Source of the DNA: the human T2T-CHM13v2.0 reference genome, Homo sapiens
DNA length: 64,000 nt
NCBI RefSeq assembly: GCF_009914755.1
Contig: NC_060939.1
Strand: one strand, 5' to 3'
Below the pieces are notes generated by a model. It made no database searches and was not told where the DNA came from. It saw only the letters and a list, made by a program, of their open reading frames with translations. The stretch's first letter is position 1; each line of letters opens with the position of its first letter. A program made the position numbers and the translations under genes. Shown piece after piece: positions 21,021 to 33,274 of this stretch.

Positions 21021-21929
21021 TATTCATTTGTACCGGCCTTCATTAATTTGATATTTCATGAAAAGATATTATGAAACAAGCAAAACCTACCCTGGCAGTA
21101 TAAGCAAAAGTGACCTTTCTGTTTCAGAATATTTTAGTGAAGTTTCTCTCCATATTTAAGAGACAAGCATTTATGTAAAATTCAAACAACTCATGTAAGA
21201 AATAGCTCAAATTAACCCTTGTGAAAAATGCTCCTTTCTGGAAGAAACCGCTTTGAAGATGATAAATGTAAAGCTGTCTACATGTGCAAATCTAGATGTG
21301 CAGTTTTCTGATGCAACTGCAGAATTAATCTGGTAAAATAACACTATAAATCATGGCAAATGTGCACTGTGTAGGTTCTAAAAATTAAATTGACATTCTT
21401 GTCTGAGTTGTGAAAATTATGTATTATGGTTTAAGTTATGTCATGTAGTAAATATTTCTGGTGGAGTACAGGAAGGAAAGGCATAAATCAAATATTTTTG
21501 ACTAATGATTTAAATAAAGCTATAATTTGATTTAATATGAATTTTATTTATTCTAACTCTAGTCAACTTCTGATTAGCTGCAAGCATAGATGCACAAGAC
21601 AAACAATTCCAGTAGTTTAGGAACTGATGTAGCAACTGATGTCATGTCAGTCAAGGAGCCTCTAGTCTTCTGTTCATTGAAAAGAAAAAAATTGGGTACA
21701 TATTGGAAATCCTGGACTAACTTTGGTGGGATTCCAGAGACATCTCCATAGGTAATGACAAATTAGACTTATCACTTAAATGAATGAGTCATAGGCAGGT
21801 CTATGGGAAGAAAAGAACTTTGCTAGCTTATGAAATAAAAGTTTTTTTTAAAAAAAGCACTTAAGAATTCACAGATATACAATCCAGAGAAAACTCTGTT
21901 GGGCTGCATTCTGGTTTGCAGAAATACTC

Positions 21930-22145
21930 CCTGGCATTGGAACCAGTCCAAACTTGGTTTCAATCCTGATACAGTCACTTATTAGCTAAGCTATATTTAC
22001 CAACTCACTTAACTTATCTGAGCGTCAGCTTGGTCATCAATAACAATAAGTAGGAATAATAATGCTTTATTTAGATTGTAAAAAGGATTAAAGAATATAT
22101 ATGCAAGCCAAATAGTAAGTGTTAAGTAAATGGTAGTTATTACTA
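21930..22145 (+). mobile_element. MIR
   Basis: GGTTTCAATCCTG...CACTTATTAGCT...CACTTAACTTATCTGAGCGTCAG...AGGATTAAA...TAGTAAGTGTTAAGTAAATGGTAGTTATT. Confidence 0.7.
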
Positions 22146-22602
22146 TAAATTGATGATGATAATGATGATGATGATTACCCCTTGCTTGCCTACAAATTGC
22201 CCATTTTTGAGAACCCTTATAATTCTTTTCACCTAGGAAGGTGCCCTTGATGTTTGTTTTAAGCAGATTTCACTTACATATAAATAAATGGAAGGAGAAA
22301 AGAATGCAATCTGAATTTCAAGAACCTCATATTTTTACTCTTATCCCTCAGCCCCTACCCAGGTTGGTACTATAAAGAGTAGGAATCTGTCTAGTACATT
22401 TCCACTTTCAGTAAGAAGCTATCCAAGAACAGAGAAACCAAACCTTGATGGCTATCTCCTACAAAAGAATAGAATAAAGTGAACATATTTAGATATGACA
22501 AAGTATTTTCCATCTTATAACCACAAAACAAGGTCGTCTTATTTGTCAGTCCTTAAGTGACAATGATTCAAGTTCCCATCTCTCTACTCTATAGTAAGTA
22601 CA

Positions 22603-22731
22603 TTTCTTTCTTTCTTTCTCTTTCCTTCTTTCTTTCCTTCTTTTTCTTTCTTTCTTTTTCTTTTTCTTTCTTTCTTTCTTTCTTCTTTATTTCTTTTTCT
22701 TTCTTTCCTCCTTTCCTTTCCTTTCCTTTTT
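22603..22731. repeat. (TTTC)n-type polypyrimidine tract
   Basis: About 129 bp almost entirely C/T on the + strand. Confidence 0.9.
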
Positions 22732-23779
22732 AGTTTTATTGATTTGTTCATTCATCTTACTTCCTCAAATACTTTTTGGATTCCCCAGAACAGGCTTATA
22801 TATTTCACACATCTGTAATGATGTCTCTTGTGGCTCAACCATCCATTTGGCTGGCTCCACTGCTGACCACTTCAACAGTTTCTGAAGTACCTATGTACAG
22901 ACAAAAATCTAAGATTACTTTTGTTCCATATGAGGGGACAAACACTTTCCCTAATTTTCAACAATGATAGCTGGAACAGTTTTCCATATTTAAACAGTTT
23001 TTGCAAAAGTTCAAGAATAATGGAAGAAATGTAAGTACGGCACAGGTAGTAAAGTGCTGCTAGATGTGATCAGCCCACAAGCATGTAGATTTAAATCCAG
23101 ACTCATTCATAGATCAAATAGGGTGTCTTTGTCCAGGTCCCTGACAACTGCTCTGAAGCTGGGGGTGAATTACTTCTGTAGAACGATATATTCTCTACTT
23201 GGAATCCAAGGTGATAACCACAAATTCAGAGAGGGGGAAAAAACCCTCATCACCAGAGTGTAAGATTTTCCTTTTTAGCCCATGTTTTTTGTCCTCTCTT
23301 CCAAGAATGATTTATGGTGGGTATTTCCAAAGCTTTCAGAACACCCACTTATCCTCACATCCTCAGACAATCTTGATTGATGAGCATCCATGGAGTAATC
23401 CAACAGCACATAATTGCATGATAGAAGCATCTTCCCTAAGCCTGGGTATTCAGTCATGCCTGAGGCACCATCGGACTGCTCCAAGTTAAGCCTCAGTGGT
23501 CCAGGTCAGTCCTTTTTACTATCTTATCCATTGCCTTGGGATGAAAATTGGGCCTGAACACTTTTTTTCTGTAATCTCTGTGAGACTACTTGACTACCTA
23601 ATAAAATAACTAGTTGAAAAAGATTAAACACAGGCATTCCCTCCGAGATTAAGGGATGATTTTCGGAGATAGTAAAGTCTAAATCCTTACATGAAAAAAA
23701 TAAACCATTAGCTGACCTCAAAACAGAATATCAGCATATATGGACACCCATTCACATTTACCAACCATATATATATATA

Positions 23780-24975
<1,196 letters not shown>

Positions 24976-25429
24976 TCTTTTTAATGTAGCACATGCTTTT
25001 CCCTGGAATAATGGGTGAATACTTATTTTATATATGCATAATTAAATGACTTTTTTTGCTCTTTTTCAGAAAAAAAGGGAAAACATCAAAGGCAAACTCA
25101 TGTGACAACCTCCTTGGAACAGAAATTTGCCCCAAATTTTGAATTTACTATCTTTCCATTTAAGTTTCAGAAATTAAAAAAGAGCACAGCACCATATGTA
25201 AATGTATTTAAGAGTCTTTATAAAAATATGCTATTCATTACAAACACTCATGTCTGTAAGGGTAGACCCTTTGAAATGACATGCAGCTATCCCAAATAGC
25301 TTTCTTTATGGACTTGGAGAAAGACAGACTCTCCAGGTATATACCCTCCTCAAGCTCATAGCTTACCTCACCTAAGTATTCTTTACAAAATTAGAAAATG
25401 AGGTTCATTATCTGCTGCAAACTGGGGAA

Positions 25430-25551
25430 AGCAGTCCCAGTCCAGTGTCCGGAGTTGGAGAGCACAGCATTATTGTGATTGTGCTCCACTTTCCCCATTG
25501 ATGGGCATCCTCATAGAAGATGCAACCAGTAAAACCTTATGCAGTGGCTTT
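25430..25551. mobile_element. Possible MER91-like hAT-Tip100 fossil
   Basis: GGGCATCCTC..AGAAGATGCAACC...CCTTATGCAGTGGCTTTG resembles recalled MER91 text. Confidence 0.35.
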
Positions 25552-25846
25552 GCATCAGGACAGCAGGTATAATTGTGGCATCATGTATGTTATTGGGGAT
25601 CTCTAAAACTTCTTATTTCTCCAAAGCTAGAGATTACACTTTTAGGTTCCTACTTATAATAAAGTATATTTATTATGTTAATTTAGAATTTTGTGTAAGT
25701 AGTATAACCATATTAAATTACTTTTTAATCAAAATAATTGGCTTCTTTCAAATTCAAATTCTGAATTGGACATTAACCCACAGTTCAAGGCTAGAAGCAG
25801 ATAGTGAGAGGGGACTAATAGGAAAGAAAATCAAATTTATCTACTA

Positions 25847-26350
<504 letters not shown>

Positions 26351-26722
26351 CTACAATTTAACCTGAAAGACTGGTTGGAGCCATGATGGAAAGTGGGGGT
26401 CAAACATGCCTCATTATCATACCACGGCAGCATTAACATTAACAGAGACCTTAAGTCTGATAAGAAATATTTATGATCTATTTTCTCTGAAGCCTGCTAC
26501 CTGGAGGCTTCATCTGCATGATAAACCTTTAATCTCTACAACCTCTTATCGCAACCCAGACATTTCTTTCTATTCATAATAACTCTTTTCAACCAATTGC
26601 CAATCAGAAAATGTTTAAGTCTCCCTATAACCTGGAAGCCCCCTCTTCCTTTGAGTTGTCCCACCTTCTGGACCAAACCAATGTAGTTCTTAAATGTATT
26701 TGATTGATGTCTCACATCTCCT

Positions 26723-27146
26723 TTATTAAAAGAAAAACTTTAGCCAAGTTAAAGGAGTTCAATTAAGCAATCAATGATTCACAAATACGGCAGTCCCCAG
26801 AATCACAGCAGACTCAGATACACTCCAGTGCAGCCACATGGTGGAAGAAGATTTATAGACAAAAAAAGGGAAATGAGGCACAAAAAAAGGAAAGTGAGAT
26901 ATAGAAACAAGTAGATTGGTTACAGCTCAGTGTTTGCCTTATTTGAACACAGTTCAAACACTTGGCAGTGTAAGAGTGGTTGAAGTATGGCTACTGGGAT
27001 TGGCCAAGACTCAGCTACTGTTACAGGTGCCTACTTCCAAGTTAGGTTTTCAATCTTGTCTACCTATAAATTAGGTTGCAGTTCATCCAGAAGGACTCAA
27101 ATATAGGAGTATGGAGTGCTCAGGCCACATTTAGTTCACTTTAACA
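26723..27146 (-). mobile_element. MER57-like LTR (3' LTR of an antisense provirus)
   Basis: AAAAGAAAAACTTTAGCC...GGCAGTCCCCAGAATCACAGCAG...GCAGCCACATGGTGGAAGAAGATTTATAGAC matches recalled MER57B; ends TTAACA next to a polypurine tract on the - strand. Confidence 0.8.
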
Positions 27147-28540
27147 ATTCCCTCCTTTTGGTCACTTTCTCAATTTTAAGAGATTGACCAAAACTTTAGC
27201 CATTGATGTTAACTATTACCATTGCAAATGTACTTATTTGGTCTTCAAACCCACTGGGAAAGAGTAGAACAGTGAGTTTTGTTAAGGTAGGAACAAGGAC
27301 TGAGTAAAGGGTAACTCCCTTATGCTGGAACGTCCTGTTTACAGGAGAAAAACAAAACCTGGTCTGTTCTAGGATCTATGTGTTTTCTTAAAGAATTAGT
27401 TTGATTATGGCATATTTAGCACGAATGGCTGCATTTTGATTTGGTTTGGTCATTTGGGGTATAATGTATGAGCTCAGTCTAAAACAATGCCATCTCACAA
27501 TTTTGTTTAAAAACAAAGTCCCCCTTTTTGGTCAGTTTCTCACTTAGGTGAGAGCATGACCAAAACTTTGGGCCTTAGTGCCACTCTCAGTTACCATCAT
27601 TTTGGTTTTCCAGTCTCATTATGTCAATCATAGGTTACAGTGTCCTCATGGTTGTACATTTCTTTCAGCTCTTGTCATTCCAGTTGAAGAGACACCATGG
27701 CTGTATGCAAACATTTAAAACCTTTGATGGAATATAGCACACAAAAGAGACTGTTATTGTAATTATTGGGAGGATAATACCAAGAGTTTGGAGTATGCTT
27801 TTTACCCAGGGTCCCCATAATCCTTAAACCATTTAGCAAACCTAATATCTGAACTAATTTAGACCAGATATCTTTATTTTATCAATAATTCTTAAAGCCA
27901 TTTTTATTTCCCAAAGATTACTAGTTATGTGAATTAAAAGACATTAGTTTTCATTTTTCTTTCAAAATATTTAAGTGCTTAGTTTTCTTTAAGCCGATTA
28001 ATTAGAGATCTTTTATATAAACATTACACACACAACACATATATAACTATACAGACAGAAGAAGAACCAGTAGTTGTAGAATTTTTCATTTGCTGGTTTC
28101 TTAATTGGCTTACTGGCCTCAGGGTGGAGCCCTTCAAGAAACAAAGCTAGGAAAACATGCAGTTTATAGGGACTAATAAGCAGGCACAGCTGGAAGACAA
28201 AAACAGATCCCTAAAATTAAGGGTCTCATTTTTATATCAGATCTTAGATCCCCCCAAAGAGGGAAATGTTATAGGAGAAGACAGTGCAATGCCTTTACCA
28301 TGCATTTTATTGCATAGCTACCCAAAACCAATTAGCCTGTTTTTGCACACAGCCCATCCCCCATGAGAGTCTTATTTTTCTTTGGGGGTAGGGATGTTGC
28401 CATACCTCGCAGGTGGCTAACAGCGTGTTTCTCTGATTCAAACATGCAGAGTCCCATAATCCTCCCATAACTGCCATTAGCCATCACTAAAAGTATATTT
28501 AGCCTTAGATTTTCAGAGGGATCTATCCACCTCCCATTCC
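27147..28540 (-). mobile_element. ERV1 internal remnant (MER57-int/MER4-group-like), 5'-deleted
   Basis: Reverse PPT ATTCCCTCCTTTTGG directly abuts the LTR; typical non-coding MER4-group internal text; ends abruptly at ~28540. Confidence 0.72.
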
Positions 28541-28605
28541 TACCTAGAACCTGATCGCTCTTAAGTCAAATTTATTTTTGAAGAGTTTGACTCTTCTAGT
28601 CAACA

Positions 28606-28950
28606 CTGTTCAGAAACAAAAGAGAACAAACTATCAAGACATACAGCAACAGACAAATTTCAAAAACTCCACTGAGTGAAAGAAGCTAGAACCAAAGATG
28701 ACATGTGCTACGGTTTCATTTATATGAAGTTCTAGAACTGGCAGACCTAACCTATGGTGATAGAAACCAAATCACCAGTTGCCTTATGTTGCCGCAATGT
28801 TGACTGGAAAGGGGCATGAGAGAAGTTTATGAGGTGAAATAAACGTTTTGTGTTTGGATTAAGATGTGTGTCACATGGGTGTATAACTTTAATTGTGTAT
28901 ATTTCATTCTATACATTTAATTCCTCATAAAATAAAATAAAATAAACTGA
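28606..28950 (+). mobile_element. L1ME-type 3' end (continuation of 26240-26281)
   Basis: CATTTATATGAAGTTCTAGAACTGGCA..CTAACCTATGGTGATAGAA...GACTGGAAAGGGGCATGAG. Confidence 0.75.
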
Positions 28951-29439
28951 AGAGAAGTAACTAAGAGTACAATGTCTTTATGCTACTCCAAAGAGAAAGT
29001 TTACCTCCAAAAGAGAAGCATGAGAGGTTTGCTTTGAGCTATAACAAAAATAAGGTTTCTGAAGAAAGAAGATATATCAGACAGAAAATGGTTTCTCTAG
29101 GAATTGAAAAAGCAGAAATAGATTTAAAAAATTGTTCTTGTGAATTCAGTGCATAGCAAAGTATTATCGTTTTTAGTGCCAAGTCTCTTTTCCCCTAAAA
29201 CCTGGATATGCTGTATTCTTTAAACCAATTTCAAGAAATAAGTGAAAAATCTCATAGGAAGAAAGAAAGGAAAATCTCTCTTTGAGTATACACTAAAACC
29301 TGAATGTACAAATGGTACCTAACAGTGTACTAGGGAAAATACACAATACGCTTAAGTTGTTTAATTTGAGTAGTATATAATAAAAGAGCAATTTAAAAGC
29401 TGTGGATAGAGTATGGATAAACCAAAAGGGATAATTTTG

Positions 29440-29620
29440 TATGTACCCTGCAACTGTTACCTTCTCTAGGCCTGAAGGGATGAAGGGCAGTATTAGTTAT
29501 CGAAACTTGGAGACAAAAAGGCCATGTGGAGATAACCACCTTCAAGACAGTGATCCAGGACATTGGTGAGAGATAAAAGCATATGGCTCAGAGAGGAAAG
29601 TCATAGAAAGAAGATTATTA
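29440..29620 (-). mobile_element. Ancient LTR fragment (LTR78/79-like)
   Basis: CTGTTACCTTCTCTAGGCCTGAAGGG resembles CTGTTACCATCCCTAGACCTGAAGGG of the LTR at ~41021. Confidence 0.45.
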
Positions 29621-29789
29621 GTGGAGACAAGACAAGCCAGTGGGGAAGAAAAATGGTGAAAACAAAGAGCAGGGAAGAGGACAATAGTATGTACGATGAG
29701 TCCAATCAGGCACTGGGGACAGGGAAGTGGGTGTGATTTTATTTTATTTAACAACAAAATAGATGGAGAAATGAAAGGCAATGAAGTGC

Positions 29790-30135
29790 ACATGAATAAG
29801 CTGGTTTCTACTGTGTGCAACTAGGGTTGAGTCATGCTGGAGACTGTTGAAGATGTCGAACACACCTTTATAATTGGCCACCTGAGGAATGAAGGAGCTG
29901 TGTACATAGTAATTTCCTGACTTTATCTATGGACTAAAGGTTGTATTAATAGCAAAACCCACAATTAATTTTGCACCAACCTAATACCTTGAGCCATTAA
30001 CTTCCTGGCATTTCTTGTCTGCTAGGAAGAATACTCAGAGAATGGCCTCAGGCTGAGAGATGTTGAGATAGAAAGCTCTTTGGAATATGTGAGAACCATC
30101 AGCTGAAGTTGCAGGTGATTTCCAGAGCAGCCTTT
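29790..30135 (-). mobile_element. LTR33-like ERVL LTR fragment
   Basis: GCAACTAGGG...GAACACACC...CACCTGAGGAATGAAGGAGCTG...CATTAACTTCCTGGCA...CTGAAGTTGCAGGTGA. Confidence 0.55.
29946..29984. mobile_element. Half MADE1 (single Hsmar1 terminal inverted repeat)
   Basis: TTAATAGCAAAACCCACAATTAATTTTGCACCAACCTAA flanked by TA on both sides. Confidence 0.85.
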
Positions 30136-30344
30136 AGAGATAGGAGTGAAGAATGCATAGCTTCTGTTACAGGTAGTAATCAAGATACACAAGCTCTTCT
30201 GTGGACTTCTAAGGTGTGGGAGTTGATAATTTCTGAGAGCAAAGAAAAATGGCATAAAAATAAAACAGAAGGTGATAAGGAATGACTACAGGATAGGCTG
30301 TAGGAAAGAAGGAGAAAGAGGAAAGGTCAGTTTAGGTTCAGTTA

Positions 30345-30810
30345 TTTAAGAAAGTCTCTTTGAGGAGTAGGAATTTGAAACCAGTTCTGCAGAAACCTGG
30401 GGGTAGAACATTCCAAACAGAGCAAAATAGAAGAACAAAGACTCAGAGGCAGGCTCAATCTTGGCAATAGGCTCAACAATCAGAAAAAAAAAAAAAGCAG
30501 AATAATGAGGGGATACAGAGTGATAGGAGATGAAATTGGAGAGGGGGTCAGATTACATGAATTTTATAGGACTTGGTGATTTACATTTTATTCTAATATG
30601 TTGAGAATCCACAGATCATTTTAAGCAAAAAAAAGGGCATGATCTCATTCATATTTTAAAAGTCAGTTGGGTTTCTCTGTATAATACGGATTTTTATGGG
30701 GCAAGAAGGAAGGGAGTTGTTACAGGTACTGGAGAGGAAAGATGATGTTTGCTTGACTACGTCGGTAGCAATAGAGGTGGGAAAAAGCAAGCAGATCAGA
30801 ATAACTTTTT
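30345..30810 (-). mobile_element. L2 fragment
   Basis: GAACATTCCAAACAGAG...CAAAGACTCAGAGGCAGG...TTTTAAGCA...CATGATCT...GATGATG...GGTAGCAATAGAGGTGG. Confidence 0.7.
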
Positions 30811-30904
30811 GGTCTTCAGTTCACTTAAAGTGTTGATACATTGGAGCATAAAAGATAAATATTTTACTTTTCATCCCTAAAAGGCAGAAAAATATAGAGG
30901 CAAA

Positions 30905-31130
30905 AAATAGAATGTTGGAAGTTTAGGAAATATGGTTTTTGACTTGACCTTAAAATGTTCCAGCTGTATATGATCTTAGGGCAATCACACAGCTGTTTTG
31001 GCTGCGGCTTCTTCATTTCTGAAATGGCATTAATAGTAACATTCCTATGGCCGAGGTGTTAAAGATTAAAACTATAGAGGTAAAGCAGTCTTGAAAATTT
31101 CAATGTAATATCTAAATTTAAGCTATTATA
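30905..31130 (+). mobile_element. MIR (degenerate)
   Basis: CAGCTGTATATGATCTTAGGGCAATCAC...CTTCATTTCTGAAATGG..TAATAGTA. Confidence 0.55.
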
Positions 31131-32394
31131 GGGATGCCCTAAGTTGCTTTTAAAAAATGCTATGTTATTACATGCTACTCTTTGATAACCTTTTATTTAT
31201 GATAATTAATGTAATTAGTGTGCTAATTTTCTACAGTTGCACCCTGGGGCAATCGTGCAACAGTTGTAATTTTAAAAATTGGGCAAATAAGTAAATGTCA
31301 ATCTGTAATAAAACCCAAATGAGTCCGTGATGAATGTTGATGGTGACTGGTAATTTACCTGATAAAATATTGTAACTGCCCAGTTACCTTGGAATAGCTG
31401 ATTCCATAAAGTAATTACCATGTTCTGCATAGTGAAGTGTCATCAGAGAAAATTTTAACGCACAGTGATCATTTTTAATTTGGTGATTTAAATATCATAT
31501 TGATTGATGAAATAGTAGTATTTTAATTCAGACTGTTAAGTCAAAAGAGAGAGAGACGTTTATCACATACTATACAGTGCACTGTTGTGTAATAATCGCT
31601 CATTTCTTACCTGTTTTTAACTATCATTTAAAAAATATCATTCCTTCTGATAAAGATAAAATCTTACTGGAGTGAAAGTTAAAAAGCACTTGGACCCAGT
31701 CTCCTACCTAGAACCTGATCACTCTTAAGTCTAGGACATCTTTAAGAAGTCATCTTTACCTTGCCGTTTTCTGAGAGTCGTATGTTATGATTTCATTAGA
31801 TCCTCAAGCAAACAACAGAAGCATACTACTAGTATGGTATTCTAACATTTGGCATGATACTGTTCATCAAATTGTTAACTTTTGGTTAACTGTGTGTTTC
31901 TTTGTTTGCTTTCCAAGAATATGTTTCACAGACACTATTAGTTCAAGAAAGCTGGGGGAAAAAAAAAAAGTTAAGATCCTGACTAGAGAATGAATTAGAG
32001 AAAGCCAAAGTAATTGCCTGGAAAACATATGTGGGAGGTTGGGTCAAGTTTAAAGGTTCAGAAGTAGACTTTGAGATAAGCATTTTTCTGGATATTTTGA
32101 ATTATTTCCTAAAGATATTATTCTTTGAGATATGACCAAAAACATATAGCGAAAGATCAATTTTGTTTTGGCAAATCCAGTCCAAGAAAATAAGTTCTCT
32201 AAAGGCTCAGAAGTGCTTTGTCCTAGTAATCAGTAATCACAACTCTGTACCAATTATTGGTAAGTAATATATATAGATTATCAGATACTGCAGTTTCTGC
32301 CAGTTTGTCTGAATTAACCCTTTCAGTGTTTTGTGAGCTTCAGTTTTAAAATATTAGCAGAATATAAAATAATTTTAAATTTTTAAAATTTTAA

Positions 32395-33270
32395 AGTAGG
32401 AAAAGATTTAAGCAAACACTTAACCAAAGAAGATACACAAATGGCCAGTAAGCATATGAAATGATCAACATTATTATTCATTAGAAAAATGTAAACTAAA
32501 TCCACAATGAGATGCCCCTACACATATAATTAAATTGGCTAAAATTTAAAAATTATAGACAACTGAAAGTATCAAGTGATAGTGAGGATGTGGACCACAA
32601 AACTCTCAGTTTGCTAGCGGGATGCAAAATGATACTTTGGAAAACAGTTTGGCAGTTTCTTATCGTTTTAAATATTCTCTTACATACAACCTAGAAATTC
32701 CTCTCTTAAGAATTTACCCCCGAAAAAGGGAGCAGGGGAAGTTCATGTAAATCCCTATATGCAAATATTTATAGCAGCATTATTCACAATACCTTAAACC
32801 TGGAAACAACTCAAATGTACATCAATCAGCTAGTGATAAACAAAGTTTTCTATATACAGATAGTAGGTTAATATTAGCAATTTAAAAAGAAGAAACTTAA
32901 AATCCACGAAAGAACATAATTTCGCAAAAGACATGAAAGGCAATACACTGTTTCATTCCATTTATATGATATACTGGTAAAGGCAAAACTATACAGGGAG
33001 ATCAGTGGTTGCAGGATATATAAGTAGGGGTTGGAGACTTAGTACAAAGGAAATTGAGGGAATCTATGGGGGTGATGGGAGTATTCTGTATCTTGATTGC
33101 GGTGGTAGTTATATGATTATAGACATTAATCAATAATCATCAAACTGTATATCTAAGAAGGGTAAATTCTAATGAATGCAATTTATCAATAATCATCAAA
33201 CTGGATATCTAAGAAGAGTAAATTCTAATGAATGTAAATTATACATCAATACATGTGATTTTTAAAAATC
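32395..33270 (+). mobile_element. L1MD/ME-type 3' end
   Basis: ACCAAAGAAGATACACAAATGGCCAGTAAGCATATGAAA...TTGGAAAACAGTTTGGCAGTTTCTTA...GGCAAAACTATA. Confidence 0.8.
33129..33240. repeat. 56-bp tandem duplication within the L1 3' UTR
   Basis: ATCAATAATCATCAAACTG.ATATCTAAGAAG.GTAAATTCTAATGAATG at 33129 and 33185. Confidence 0.9.
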
Positions 33271-33274
33271 TAAG

